In this document: piece by piece, positions 11,280 to 21,673 of the stretch
Position numbering within the stretch: the stretch's first letter is position 1
Layout of the letters: the number at the start of each line of letters is the position of its first letter
Program-made: the position numbers and the translations under genes
From: Fidelibacterota bacterium
GTDB lineage: Bacteria; Fidelibacterota; Marinisomatia; SCGC-AAA003-L08; JACNLC01
Assembly (NCBI GenBank): GCA_024277615.1
Contig: JAJRUW010000010.1
Location: 3,997 to 67,996, forward strand
Length of the DNA: 64,000 nucleotides
Direction of reading: 5' to 3'
Notes under the pieces: generated by a model
What the model saw: the letters and a program-made list of their open reading frames with translations, nothing else
The model's database searches: none
What the model was told of the DNA's origin: nothing

Positions 11280-11963
11280 ATGATTAAAGCGGTAGTTTTT
11301 GACCTGGATAATACCCTGCTTGATTTTATGCAGATGAAAGAACGTTCTGTCGATTCAGCCGTGAAAGGGATGATCGAAGCCGGAATGGATATCGACCCGG
11401 TTAAGGCGGCTGAGAAAATCTTCAATATTTACTGGCAGAAGGGGGTTGAATATCAGGAGGTCCTGGATGATTTCATTGAAAAAGAACTCGGAGAAGTGAA
11501 TTATAAATATCTTGCGGCAGGAATAGTTGCTTATCGTAAGGCCAAGGAAGCCTCGCTTGTCCCCTATCCATACGTTAACAGCACACTTCAAAAACTAGCC
11601 AAAAGCGGCTATAAACTCGGTCTTGTTTCCGATGCACCGGCCAGGGAGGCCTGGATGAGAATTTGCTCGGTGAATATGCACCATATTTTTGATGCTGTGG
11701 TTACATTCGAGGATACAGGAGAGCATAAACCCTCTGCCAAACCATTTCAATTGATCGCTTCACGTCTCGGTTGTAAGGCTGAGGATATTCTGATGGTCGG
11801 GGACTGGCCGGAACGCGATGTTATCGGAGCAAACGAAGTCGGGATGAGAACCGCATTTGCAAAATACGGGGATAGATTCGAAACAGTTCATTCCGGTGCC
11901 GATTATGACCTCGAGAATTTTTCCGATATTTTAAAAGTTTTGGAATTGGAAGCTAACCGGTGA
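11280..11963 (+). CDS. HAD-superfamily hydrolase (subfamily IA)
   Basis: FDLDNTL, LVSD, KPS, MVGDWPERDVIGA. Confidence 0.92.
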   Translation: MIKAVVFDLDNTLLDFMQMKERSVDSAVKGMIEAGMDIDPVKAAEKIFNIYWQKGVEYQEVLDDFIEKELGEVNYKYLAAGIVAYRKAKEASLVPYPYVNSTLQKLAKSGYKLGLVSDAPAREAWMRICSVNMHHIFDAVVTFEDTGEHKPSAKPFQLIASRLGCKAEDILMVGDWPERDVIGANEVGMRTAFAKYGDRFETVHSGADYDLENFSDILKVLELEANR

Positions 11964-12313
11964 TCTTTGTAGGAACGGATATTATTGAAGTCAAACGGCT
12001 CCGGGAGACCCTCGAAAAGAACGGGTCTCGATTTGTCGGTAAAATATTTACACCTGAGGAAATCGCCTATTGTTCCGGCAAGGCAGAACAAGCGATGCAC
12101 TATGCCGGGAGATTCGCCGCTAAGGAGGCCGTCAAAAAATCGCTCCTTTCCTATGACAGTAAAAAGCTAATACCGCTTAAAAACATTTGCATTAATCGCC
12201 GGGATGACGGCGCACCCATTGTCAAGATACAGAATTCTGATCATACGGTTCAAATCTCTATTTCGCATACCAGGGATTACGCTACGGCTGTAGCAGTCCT
12301 TGAAATAAAATGA
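11960..12313 (+). CDS. acpS: Holo-[acyl-carrier-protein] synthase
   Basis: GTDIIEV, AGRFAAKEAVKK, ISISH. Confidence 0.95.
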   Translation: MIFVGTDIIEVKRLRETLEKNGSRFVGKIFTPEEIAYCSGKAEQAMHYAGRFAAKEAVKKSLLSYDSKKLIPLKNICINRRDDGAPIVKIQNSDHTVQISISHTRDYATAVAVLEIK

Positions 12314-13830
12314 TACCCCTTCTTTCAGAAAACGAGGCCAGAAACCTGGACGAGCGGACCATTCGGACGGGTCGGCTCAACGGCGCAGATCTGATGGAAA
12401 ATGCCGGAAAACAATCGGCCCGATATTTTGTGGAAAATATTCAGGACGTATTTTCTCAAGCCGTACTCATTGTTGCCGGGAAAGGCAATAATGGGGGAGA
12501 CGGCATCGTCATGCACCATTATTTGCTGCAATTCGGGGTCGATTCGACGCTGCTTCTGCTGTCGGAATCCGAGCCGGAAAGAACTGTGGTCAGGTCTCAC
12601 GACATTCCCGATGATACTGTTATTATCTACAATGAGACCCTCGAAATTAATAGTTTTGACTGGATTGTGGATGCAGTTTTCGGGATCGGATTAAAGCGTG
12701 ATATTACGGGAATGTATGAAAACCTGATTCATAAAATTACTTTCTGTGCCAATATGATATCGATTGACATCCCCACGGGCATTTATACGGATACAGGGGT
12801 TGCCGGTAACTGTGCTGTACGTTCTAAAATTACACTTACGATGGGTTATCCCAAACCGGGTCTTTTTTTGAATGAAGGATTGTCCCATTCCGGAAAAGTC
12901 GTAACGCTTGATATCGGCTTTGACGATTTGGAAGAGGGCGCCGTGAAACAGTTTCTAATGACGAGGGCTGATATTCGGGGTCGTCTGAAATCATATCCGC
13001 TACATGCTAATAAATTTTCCAGAGGCAAAATCATCACCTATGCAGGATCGAAAGGAATGACGGGAGCAGCCATACTGGCTTGCAAAAGTGCTTACAGAAG
13101 TGGTTCCGGGATCATTAGATTAATCGTACCGGAGAGTCTGAATTCAGTATTCGAAGCAACTTTAACCGAAACCATCACAGTCCCCGTGGCAGACGGTCAA
13201 AAGGGCTATTTGACCAGCGACTCCACAGAGCCGGTTAATAGAGAACTCGACTGGGGAGATGTGCTGATTTGCGGTCCGGGGCTCGGGACTATGCCGGAAG
13301 CCGTTGCCCTCACCGGAGAAATCCTCAAATTTTGGGAAAAGCCGCTGGTTCTTGATGCTTCCGGTTTCGAGCCGCTGATAAATGGATCAATTTCCATATC
13401 AGATCTGCCTCAGGAGTCAATCTTGTCGCCGCATTTGCATGAATTTTGTCGTCTGTTTAATAAAGATAAGAAAGAAGTGACGTCAGATCCGCTTGGAGCC
13501 CTTCGTTCGGTTTCGGCCTTGCTTGAGGGCCGTGTGCTGATATTAAAAGGCGCACCCACCCTGATCCTGACGAATTCCGGTATGATCTGTTTCATGACGC
13601 AGGGTAATCCTATACTGGCGACTGCGGGAAGCGGAGATGTTCTGTCCGGATTACTCGCAGGCTTGCTGGCACAGGGTTATTCAACTGATGATTCTGCATT
13701 CATTGCAACCTGGATTCATGCCGAATGCGCCAAATTATTTATCAGGGATCGGGGGCCAAAAGGTTTGGTGGCATCAGATCTTATTAACTACATACCGGGG
13801 GCTTATGCCGCGCTTTCTTCTGCCCCTTAA
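12310..13830 (+). CDS. nnr: Bifunctional NAD(P)H-hydrate epimerase/dehydratase (NnrE-NnrD)
   Basis: LMENAG, GKGNNGGDG, DAVFGIG, DIPTG, GPGLG, LSPH, AGSGDVL. Confidence 0.93.
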   Translation: MIPLLSENEARNLDERTIRTGRLNGADLMENAGKQSARYFVENIQDVFSQAVLIVAGKGNNGGDGIVMHHYLLQFGVDSTLLLLSESEPERTVVRSHDIPDDTVIIYNETLEINSFDWIVDAVFGIGLKRDITGMYENLIHKITFCANMISIDIPTGIYTDTGVAGNCAVRSKITLTMGYPKPGLFLNEGLSHSGKVVTLDIGFDDLEEGAVKQFLMTRADIRGRLKSYPLHANKFSRGKIITYAGSKGMTGAAILACKSAYRSGSGIIRLIVPESLNSVFEATLTETITVPVADGQKGYLTSDSTEPVNRELDWGDVLICGPGLGTMPEAVALTGEILKFWEKPLVLDASGFEPLINGSISISDLPQESILSPHLHEFCRLFNKDKKEVTSDPLGALRSVSALLEGRVLILKGAPTLILTNSGMICFMTQGNPILATAGSGDVLSGLLAGLLAQGYSTDDSAFIATWIHAECAKLFIRDRGPKGLVASDLINYIPGAYAALSSAP

Positions 13831-14194
13831 ATCTTATAAAACATGGTTATTCATTGGCTATGCATTGCTTGTTCTGTTTATCTCATCACTGGAAGCCAGT
13901 CAACTTCCAAAAGTCAGATTTCTCATGCACAACGACAAAATCGTACACTTTTTCGAATATTTGATTTTTGGCTTACTACTCATCAATGCTATGGAAAATA
14001 GCAGCAGGAGCTTTAAAATCAGGTTGGCAGCCTTACTGATTATTTTCATTTTTCCGGTTTTTGATGAGATATTACAAAGCTTTGTACCGGGCCGGTTCCC
14101 CGAGTTTTTAGATGCAATTACAGATATTATCGGCGGGACCTTCGGATACATCATCTTCATACAGATGAAAAATGTTAAGATCACTTCACATTAA
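13805..14194 (+). CDS. VanZ family membrane protein
   Basis: DKIVHFFEY, DEILQSFVPGR, D..TDIIG; start taken at ATG 13805. Confidence 0.85.
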   Translation: MPRFLLPLKSYKTWLFIGYALLVLFISSLEASQLPKVRFLMHNDKIVHFFEYLIFGLLLINAMENSSRSFKIRLAALLIIFIFPVFDEILQSFVPGRFPEFLDAITDIIGGTFGYIIFIQMKNVKITSH

Positions 14195-15803
14195 GAACTT
14201 TGCCATCATCGATGAAATGACGGTCAATTTTCAGCCCGGGTTGAACTTAATAACCGGCGAAACGGGTGCGGGGAAGAGCATTCTCGTAAATGCCCTGACT
14301 TCTTTACTGGGCGCGCGATTTTCCCGGGATAATATCCGTACCGGTGCCGAATCAGCCCTCGTTGAGGGTGAATTCCGGGATGGCGGGCGTACAGACATTA
14401 TCCGGCGGGTTTACTATTCGACCGGGAAATCCAGATCTTTTTTGAATGATATTCCTGTTTCAGTAGAAAAATTGAGAAAGAAAACAGAATTTTTGGTGGA
14501 CGTTCACGGTCAGCATGATCACCAGAGACTGCTTGATGCGGGCAATCATCTGGAATATCTGGATGCTTTTGGAAACTATCAGAATGAACTGAAAACAATA
14601 GCAGAATTATACAATGATATTTTAAGGCTGGAACAGGAAATAGACCTGCAGACGCAACGTCTGGAAAAATTCGCTGAACAAAAAGAATTGTATGAATTCC
14701 AACTGTCAGAGCTCACAGAAATACCCCTGACTAATGATCTCGATCAGCAACTCACCGGGGAGTATAAAATTCTGGCGAATGCAGAAACTTATCAGAGAGG
14801 TCTCACCGAGCTTATCAATCTTTTAGATGAGTCACCAGGTTCTCTGAAAGAGCTGGTTTCAAGGGGTCTTCGGAATATATCGGCTTTACCTTGCATGGAT
14901 GCACAAATCCGGACAATTGCCGGAAGACTGGAGAGCCTGCAACTGGAGACGGATGATATTGTGACCGACCTCATCAGGATCAAACAGGAAATTGTGATAG
15001 ATGAACAGAAACTGGATCAGCTTTCTGAACAGCTTCAGCATGTCGAAAAATTAAAGCGCAAATATGGTGGCAGTCTGGAAAAGGTAATTGCCTATCGTGA
15101 CGAGATTCAAAAGCGTTTAGCCCAATCCGGCAGCGGTACATCGCAGCTTGATAGATTACGGGCTGATCTCATCCACCGGCGTGAAAAGTATTTTAAACTG
15201 GCCGTGAAAATCAGTAAAATTCGAAAAAAAAATGCAACCCTGCTGGAGCGGGAAATACTTTCCGTATTGGGCCGCATGAATTTGCAGGATACCAGGTTAA
15301 AAATATTGCTGGGAGAGCTTGACGCTGATGAAATGAGTGCAACAGGTTTGGACACATGTGAGTTTCATATCTCAGCGAATGTGGGAGAAAAGATTCGGCC
15401 GCTTATTAAGATTGCTTCGGGAGGAGAAATTTCCCGGTTCATGCTGGCGATCAAAATGGTTCTGCATGACAGGGATAGCGTGAATACATTGATTTTTGAT
15501 GAAATTGATGCCGGTATTTCAGGGCGTACAGCGTTAAAAATCGGTGAGATACTTGAAGAATTAAGCGCATGCAAGCAAGTCCTGTGCATAACCCACCTGC
15601 CCCAGATAGCCTCCAGAGGTCGGACTCATTTCAAAATATTCAAAGAACAGCAGAACAATCGAACCGTGAGCAAAATACGAGAGTTAACACGGGATGAAAG
15701 AATTAAGGAAATTGCTTCGTTAGTAAGTGGTGAGTCGATAACGGCCTCGGGACTGGAACAGGCCGTGCGTTTATTAGAAGGGGATATACTCATCGATGTA
15801 TAA
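14172..15803 (+). CDS. recN: DNA repair protein RecN
   Basis: TGETGAGKSI, VHGQHD, ASGGEISR, FDEIDAGISG, THLPQIA. Confidence 0.96.
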   Translation: MLRSLHIKNFAIIDEMTVNFQPGLNLITGETGAGKSILVNALTSLLGARFSRDNIRTGAESALVEGEFRDGGRTDIIRRVYYSTGKSRSFLNDIPVSVEKLRKKTEFLVDVHGQHDHQRLLDAGNHLEYLDAFGNYQNELKTIAELYNDILRLEQEIDLQTQRLEKFAEQKELYEFQLSELTEIPLTNDLDQQLTGEYKILANAETYQRGLTELINLLDESPGSLKELVSRGLRNISALPCMDAQIRTIAGRLESLQLETDDIVTDLIRIKQEIVIDEQKLDQLSEQLQHVEKLKRKYGGSLEKVIAYRDEIQKRLAQSGSGTSQLDRLRADLIHRREKYFKLAVKISKIRKKNATLLEREILSVLGRMNLQDTRLKILLGELDADEMSATGLDTCEFHISANVGEKIRPLIKIASGGEISRFMLAIKMVLHDRDSVNTLIFDEIDAGISGRTALKIGEILEELSACKQVLCITHLPQIASRGRTHFKIFKEQQNNRTVSKIRELTRDERIKEIASLVSGESITASGLEQAVRLLEGDILIDV

Positions 15804-17049
15804 ATTTATAATTCGTGGCGGACAACCGCTTAGTGGAGACGTTTTTATCAGCGGGGCCAAGAATGCCGTCCTTCCCATCATGGCGGCGACATTAATCACT
15901 CCCGGCCATTTTATTTTGCGGAATGTACCGGATTTGCGCGATACCCGGACCATGTTGAAACTCCTTGAGATTATCGGGGCGAAAGTCAATTTTTCAGATG
16001 GGAAAATGGAAATTGATTCGACAACTTGCAGTAACCCGGTTGCACCTTACGAGGTTGTGAAGACCATGCGGGCTTCATTTGATGTATTGGGTCCGCTTTC
16101 AAGTAGGTTCAGGTATGCCAAGGTATCCCTGCCGGGTGGCTGTGCATGGGGTCCAAGGCCGGTTGACCTGCATTTAAAAGCGCTGAAAGCCCTGGGTACA
16201 GAAGTCACTCTGGAAGGCGGATATATTATTGTCAAAGGCGCTGCTTCCGGAGCAGAAATCAATTTTGAACTGTCCAGTGTGGGGGCCACAAAAAATGCCC
16301 TGATGGCAGCAGTCAAGGCTGAAGGCCAAACGATAATTCAAAATGCGGCCCGAGAACCTGAGATAACCGCCCTGATCGATTTTTTAAATGCTTTAGGGGC
16401 AGATATCAGCGGGCAGGACAGTACCCGCCTGTGCATTAATGGTGTAAAGGAATTAAAGAATGAGCTCGATTTCACTATTATTCCCGACCGCATCGAAGCC
16501 GGTACATTTCTCATCACCAATCTGTTGCTGGGCGGAGAGATCAGATTGCATAATGTGAATCCGGAGCATCTTGCCATTGTACTGACTAAACTGCAGGAAG
16601 CGGGTAGCCGGCTGGAAATTACGGCCGATTCCATTTTGAGTCAAGGCGGACCAAGTATTGCCCCGGTGAATATTACAACTGCTCCGTATCCGGGTTTTCC
16701 TACTGATCTACAGGCTCAATGGATGGCACTCATGTCCAGGGCAGTGGGAGATTCTATCATAATAGATGAAATATATCATGATCGTTTCACACATGTTGCC
16801 GAGCTGAACAGATTGGGGGCCAGGATCAAACTGGAGCAAAATGTTGCAGTGGTAGAGGGTGTTGCCCGACTGACAGGTGCTCCCGTAATGTCCACGGATA
16901 TCCGGGCTAGCGCTTCCCTGATCATCGCCGGACTTGCAGCGGCAGGGGAAACTGAAGTTTCAAGGATTTACCATATCGACAGAGGGTACGAAAAAATCGA
17001 AACAAAATTAAAAAATATTGGTGCTGATATCTCAAGAGTAAGAGGTTGA
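15796..17049 (+). CDS. murA: UDP-N-acetylglucosamine 1-carboxyvinyltransferase
   Basis: SGAKNA, LPGGCAWGPRP, PDRIEAGT, PGFPTD, DIRAS, RGYE. Confidence 0.97.
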   Translation: MYKFIIRGGQPLSGDVFISGAKNAVLPIMAATLITPGHFILRNVPDLRDTRTMLKLLEIIGAKVNFSDGKMEIDSTTCSNPVAPYEVVKTMRASFDVLGPLSSRFRYAKVSLPGGCAWGPRPVDLHLKALKALGTEVTLEGGYIIVKGAASGAEINFELSSVGATKNALMAAVKAEGQTIIQNAAREPEITALIDFLNALGADISGQDSTRLCINGVKELKNELDFTIIPDRIEAGTFLITNLLLGGEIRLHNVNPEHLAIVLTKLQEAGSRLEITADSILSQGGPSIAPVNITTAPYPGFPTDLQAQWMALMSRAVGDSIIIDEIYHDRFTHVAELNRLGARIKLEQNVAVVEGVARLTGAPVMSTDIRASASLIIAGLAAAGETEVSRIYHIDRGYEKIETKLKNIGADISRVRG

Positions 17050-17099
17050 AGGGAACAACAAATGAAAGATGTTGTTACATTGTCATTACAAAAGATTTG

Positions 17100-17129
17100 T
17101 TGCATAAAGACATCAGCAAACTCTAATTT
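17100..17129 (+). promoter_or_regulatory. Candidate sigma70-like promoter
   Basis: TTGCAT-N18-TAATTT upstream of an AAAGGAG SD and GTG 17157. Confidence 0.35.
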
Positions 17130-17156
17130 ATTTACGTAATACAAAAGGAGAAACTC

Positions 17157-17915
17157 GTGAACAAAATAAAAATCATCTCAACCATAGTTATCGCCCTGTC
17201 CCTGACATTGGCCAATGCAGCGACCGTTGGATTCAACAAATCAACTTTGAACAGAGCAAATTCAGACAATGATGCATATTTGAACTTGTCAATTACATCC
17301 GATATTGCCGTTTATGGTTTGCAATTTGAAGTATCCTATAATCCCACAGAGCTCAGCCTTGTCGATGTCAGATCTCTAATGGATGGATATACATTCGAAT
17401 ACAGAGTTACGGAAGAGGGGACCATCAGGGGGCTGATTTTTAGTCTTCAGGGTGCGGAACTGGTCTCAGAGAGCAACATTACCAATGTGCTGGAATTTGA
17501 ATTTGCACCCGGCGATAATCACAGTGGCTCCAGTTTGGTTGAATTCAACAGTGTGATTCTTGCAGGACAGCACGGAGAAGAAATCGACGTCAGTGCCTCA
17601 AGTCAGGAAGTTACCTTTGATAATGCATTTATTCCATCGGAGACATCATTATCCGATAATTACCCGAATCCTTTTAATCCCACGACGAACATAAATTACT
17701 CCATAGCCAAACCTGGATATGTATCTCTGGTGATATATGACCTGAACGGCTCCGAAGTAAGAAATCTCGTTTCAGGATACAGGGATGCGGCTAATTATAC
17801 CTCCGTTTGGGACGGAACTAACAATCAGGGCAATGCCGTTGCCAGCGGCCGGTATATTTTAAAAATGACGGGTCCTGATTTCACGGACTCCATTACGATG
17901 ACCCTGTTAAAATAA
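17157..17915 (+). CDS. Secreted cohesin-like domain protein with C-terminal FlgD-Ig/T9SS-type sorting-like tail
   Basis: Signal peptide; VYGLQFEVSY cohesin-like strand pattern; NYPNPFNPTTNI...IYDLNG..VRNL...WDG.N..G..VASG.Y...LLK tail. Confidence 0.8.
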   Translation: MNKIKIISTIVIALSLTLANAATVGFNKSTLNRANSDNDAYLNLSITSDIAVYGLQFEVSYNPTELSLVDVRSLMDGYTFEYRVTEEGTIRGLIFSLQGAELVSESNITNVLEFEFAPGDNHSGSSLVEFNSVILAGQHGEEIDVSASSQEVTFDNAFIPSETSLSDNYPNPFNPTTNINYSIAKPGYVSLVIYDLNGSEVRNLVSGYRDAANYTSVWDGTNNQGNAVASGRYILKMTGPDFTDSITMTLLK

Positions 17916-17937
17916 ATTTAACTTTTCCAGTTGATTT

Positions 17938-17966
17938 ATGCCCCGATTTATCGGGGCATTTTTTTT
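17938..17966 (+). terminator. Rho-independent terminator
   Basis: ATGCCCCGA-ttta-TCGGGGCAT followed by a T-run. Confidence 0.9.
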
Positions 17967-18058
17967 GGGCAAATCCTTGTTTTGATCGGATGAGGTCGGA
18001 TAATATTACCCCGGGAATGTAAATTTCTTTTAAAGATGTCACAGAAGAAAAGAATACT

Positions 18059-19402
18059 ATGAAAGTTGTCATTATAGGTGCCGGTGAAGTTGGATATAAC
18101 CTCGCTATCAGATTTGCAAAAGAGGATCATGATCTAACGGTCATTGATAATAATCCGGAAAAATGTAAATTTGTTAAAACGACCGTCGATGCACAGGTAA
18201 TTGAGGGCGACGGCGCTTCTCAGCGGATACTTCAGCAAATTAATATGCCTGAAGTCGATATATTCCTTGCCTTAACCAGGATCGACGAGATCAATCTCGT
18301 TGCAAGCAGAATTGCAAAAAAGATGGGGGCAAATCAGGTCATTGCCCGGCTAAGAAATACAGAATATTCCCATAAGAAGGCGGTTATCTCACCGGATCAG
18401 TTCGGTATCGATTATGTTACCTATCCCGAAAAAGCTGCTCAGCGGGAAATAGATATGCTGGTGCGAAGGTCAGCTACCGCCGAAATACAGGAATTCGCTA
18501 AAGGGAAAATAACTCTGGCCGGTATTAAACTCGAAAGTTCTTCTCCCCTGATAGGCAGAACGGTACAGAATGTAGAGCTTTCGAACCCATTCATACGGCA
18601 TAAACTCGTGATTGTAATCAGGAAAGATCATCCGTTCATTCCCCATGAGGATACTAAATATCATAGGGATGATACCGTTTATTTCGTAGGAGACACAAAT
18701 GATATCGAATCCATTCAACAAATGGCGGGAATCCCGGCGATTGAATTGAACAAACTCATGATCCTGGGTGCCGGTAAAATCGGTCGTTTGCTCGCAAAAT
18801 CGCTGCAAACCGATTTTGATGTCCGGCTTGTTGAAAAGGATCGCGACAAAGCTGAAAAAGCCGGTGCAAACCTAAGCAATACCCTGATCTTAAATGAGAG
18901 CGGAACGAACATCGAATTCCTGGAATCCGAACACATTTCTGAAGTTGACTGCTTTATTGCCGTAACGGATAACGAACAGACTAATATTCTCTCAAGTTTA
19001 CTCGTAAAACACATGGGAGTAAAACAGGTAATTACACATATCACTACGACTTCTTTTATCCCCGCCGTCAGACGATTCGGCCTCGATGCAATCGTCAGTA
19101 AAAATATCGCTGCTGTGAATGATGTCATAAATTATATTCGCAGTGACAGTAATATATCCATTTCCCGCTTCGAAGATATCGATATAGAAGCCGTGGAGTT
19201 GACCGTACAGCCGGATTGCAAATTCCTGCGTAAAAAATGGCCGATAGAAAAAATACCTCAGGAGATGTCACTGGGTGCTATTATTAGAGATGGTAATGTG
19301 GAAATCCCCAATCATTATTCCATCATCAAACCCTATGACGATCTGCTGATCTTCACCAAACCTTCCTTTGTATCAACGGCGGAGAATTTATTCAATCAGT
19401 AA
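18059..19402 (+). CDS. trkA: Trk potassium uptake NAD-binding subunit
   Basis: Two RCK units, each with a GxGxxG motif (GAGEVG, GAGKIG). Confidence 0.95.
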   Translation: MKVVIIGAGEVGYNLAIRFAKEDHDLTVIDNNPEKCKFVKTTVDAQVIEGDGASQRILQQINMPEVDIFLALTRIDEINLVASRIAKKMGANQVIARLRNTEYSHKKAVISPDQFGIDYVTYPEKAAQREIDMLVRRSATAEIQEFAKGKITLAGIKLESSSPLIGRTVQNVELSNPFIRHKLVIVIRKDHPFIPHEDTKYHRDDTVYFVGDTNDIESIQQMAGIPAIELNKLMILGAGKIGRLLAKSLQTDFDVRLVEKDRDKAEKAGANLSNTLILNESGTNIEFLESEHISEVDCFIAVTDNEQTNILSSLLVKHMGVKQVITHITTTSFIPAVRRFGLDAIVSKNIAAVNDVINYIRSDSNISISRFEDIDIEAVELTVQPDCKFLRKKWPIEKIPQEMSLGAIIRDGNVEIPNHYSIIKPYDDLLIFTKPSFVSTAENLFNQ

Positions 19403-20860
19403 ATGAATAAGAAAGCGATCATTCATACCATCAGTATTCTATTGATGGTATTGAGCCTGATGATGATGTTGAGTACGCTTTGGTCACTTTATTATCGGGA
19501 AGGAGATCTGCGCTTTTTGCTGAGATCGGCAATCATTACTTTTTCGCTGGCCTGTATTGTCTGGCTTCCTACGAAAGGCCGTATTCGGCTTACTATAAAG
19601 GATTGGTTTGCCATAGCGACCTTCGGAGTGGTCGTTGCTGCTGTTTTTAGCGCATTGCCCATGTATCTGTCGGGAATTCTGCCGCATTATTATGATGCTT
19701 ATTTTGAGGCTATTTCAGGGCTGACAACAACGGGAGCAACTGTATTCGGCAGTTCTTCTACAAGCTTGATTGAAGAAATACCTCACGGAATTCTTTTCTG
19801 GCGGAGCTTAACACAGTTCATCGGCGGGTTCGGAACGCTGATCTTTTCGATTGCAATTCTTCCGCTTCACGGGATGAGTTCTGTGGAATTGAGCAAAACG
19901 GATGTTGCCGGCCCTCTTTCTGACAGGGCGACTCCCAGAGTCTGGCAAACCGCCAAAGCCCTTGTCTCGGTTTATATTGCCCTCGTCCTGCTGGAAACTC
20001 TGTTTTTGAAACTGGGCGGAATGACACTTTTTGAGAGCCTGTGTCATTCCTTCGCCACACTTTCTACGGGGGGGTTTTCCACCAGTTCATCCAATATCGG
20101 GCATTTCAACTCAGGTCAGATTGAATGGACCCTTATGTTATTTATGCTTATCGCAGCGACTAATTTTACATACCACCATCGTCTGTTGACCAGAAGCAGC
20201 TTTCTGTACTGGAAAGACAAAGAATTCCGAACCTTTTTCTGGGTTATTCTGGTTTTTTTCCTGATCCTTTGTTTCGATATTTCAGCTCGTTATTTCGGGT
20301 TCGGATATATGCCTTTTAAAAATGCACTTTTCACTACGATCTCGATGGTGACCACCACAGGGTTCTATACTTCTGACTACAACTTATGGCCCTATCTTAC
20401 CCGTACATTGATTCTGCTGATGTTTTTTATAGGAGGGATGGCCGCTTCGTCGGCAGGTGGCGTGAAAATAATTAGATCGTTGATCGTCGTAAAATACCTG
20501 CGGATAATAATAAAAAAGATGCTCCATCCAAATGGTGTCTATCCTTTGACTATTGGAGGGAAAATTATCTCTGAAGAAATTGTTATCAATACTGTGGGTT
20601 TCTTTTTATTGTATATTGCCGCTTTTGTGATTATCAGTATATTATTTGCAGCTATGGGACTGGATTTGACAACATCTATTTCAGCGAGTGCATCCTCGTT
20701 GGGGAACGTGGGACCGGGGTTTGGATCAATCGGGCCCTATCAGAATTGGGGACATTTCCCGGTAGCTGCCAAATGGCTGTCAAGCTTTAGCATGTTGCTT
20801 GGGAGATTGGAATTATTTGCTGTTATCATATTATTTAGAGGGAGTTATTGGGAAAAATGA
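19403..20860 (+). CDS. trkH: Trk potassium uptake membrane subunit
   Basis: Pore loops SGLTTTGA, STGGFS, TTTGF, GNVGPG; GGVKI; MLLGRLE. Confidence 0.95.
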   Translation: MNKKAIIHTISILLMVLSLMMMLSTLWSLYYREGDLRFLLRSAIITFSLACIVWLPTKGRIRLTIKDWFAIATFGVVVAAVFSALPMYLSGILPHYYDAYFEAISGLTTTGATVFGSSSTSLIEEIPHGILFWRSLTQFIGGFGTLIFSIAILPLHGMSSVELSKTDVAGPLSDRATPRVWQTAKALVSVYIALVLLETLFLKLGGMTLFESLCHSFATLSTGGFSTSSSNIGHFNSGQIEWTLMLFMLIAATNFTYHHRLLTRSSFLYWKDKEFRTFFWVILVFFLILCFDISARYFGFGYMPFKNALFTTISMVTTTGFYTSDYNLWPYLTRTLILLMFFIGGMAASSAGGVKIIRSLIVVKYLRIIIKKMLHPNGVYPLTIGGKIISEEIVINTVGFFLLYIAAFVIISILFAAMGLDLTTSISASASSLGNVGPGFGSIGPYQNWGHFPVAAKWLSSFSMLLGRLELFAVIILFRGSYWEK

Positions 20861-21630
20861 GTGCAGTACTTGTGTATCGGAGAAAGGGTATATACACCAT
20901 CACAATCAACCGACCTGAGTATTTAAATGTGTTGGACAATCAGGTTTTGGATGAATTACGGGATTCCTTTGAAGCCGCCGGGAAAGCTCCTGACATAAAG
21001 GTTGTCATCCTCACAGGTGCCGGTAAACGAGCATTTATAGCAGGAGCGGACATTAGGGAGATGGCAAAGATGACGCCGGCTCAGGCAGAGGTGTATTCTA
21101 AGAAGGGGCAGGATTTGACCAATTATATTGAGCAATTCCCCAAACCTGTTATTGCCGCTGTGAACGGTTATGCCCTTGGAGGCGGCTGTGAGTTTGCGAT
21201 GGCCTGCCACATACGGTATGCATCGGAAAATGCACAATTTGCCCAGCCTGAAGTCGGCCTTGGTGTCATCCCGGGCTTCGGAGGTTCTCAGCGGCTGCCG
21301 AGACTGGTGGGGAAAGGCATAGCTTTCGAGATGTTGCTGACGGGAAAAATGATCAATGCAAAGACGGCTCTTCAGATTGGACTGGTGAATAAGGTCGTTC
21401 CTGCAAACAATCTGATAACATCTGTAAAAAAATTAGCAGACCGGCTCGCACATACTTCTTCAAGTGCCGCTGAGATGATCATTAAAGTTGTGAATGAGGG
21501 AGCTGATCTGGACCTGGCGGAGGGTCTTAAAATGGAAGCTAAACAATTCGGTAATATCTTCAGGACTGAGGATCAGAGAGAAGGTATGCAGGCCTTTATC
21601 GATAAAAGGAAACCAAAATTCAAGAAATAA
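20857..21630 (+). CDS. Enoyl-CoA hydratase/crotonase
   Basis: INRP..LN, AFIAGADI, AAVNGYALGGGCE, QPEVGLG.IPGFGG. Confidence 0.94.
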   Translation: MSAVLVYRRKGIYTITINRPEYLNVLDNQVLDELRDSFEAAGKAPDIKVVILTGAGKRAFIAGADIREMAKMTPAQAEVYSKKGQDLTNYIEQFPKPVIAAVNGYALGGGCEFAMACHIRYASENAQFAQPEVGLGVIPGFGGSQRLPRLVGKGIAFEMLLTGKMINAKTALQIGLVNKVVPANNLITSVKKLADRLAHTSSSAAEMIIKVVNEGADLDLAEGLKMEAKQFGNIFRTEDQREGMQAFIDKRKPKFKK

Positions 21631-21658
21631 AAAAGTCCGGCGTTCGCCGGACTTTTTT
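21629..21658. terminator. Bidirectional terminator between convergent crotonase and mdh
   Basis: AAAAAAGTCCGGCG-tt-CGCCGGACTTTTTT perfect inverted repeat. Confidence 0.92.
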
Positions 21659-21673
21659 ATTGAGATTATCTGC

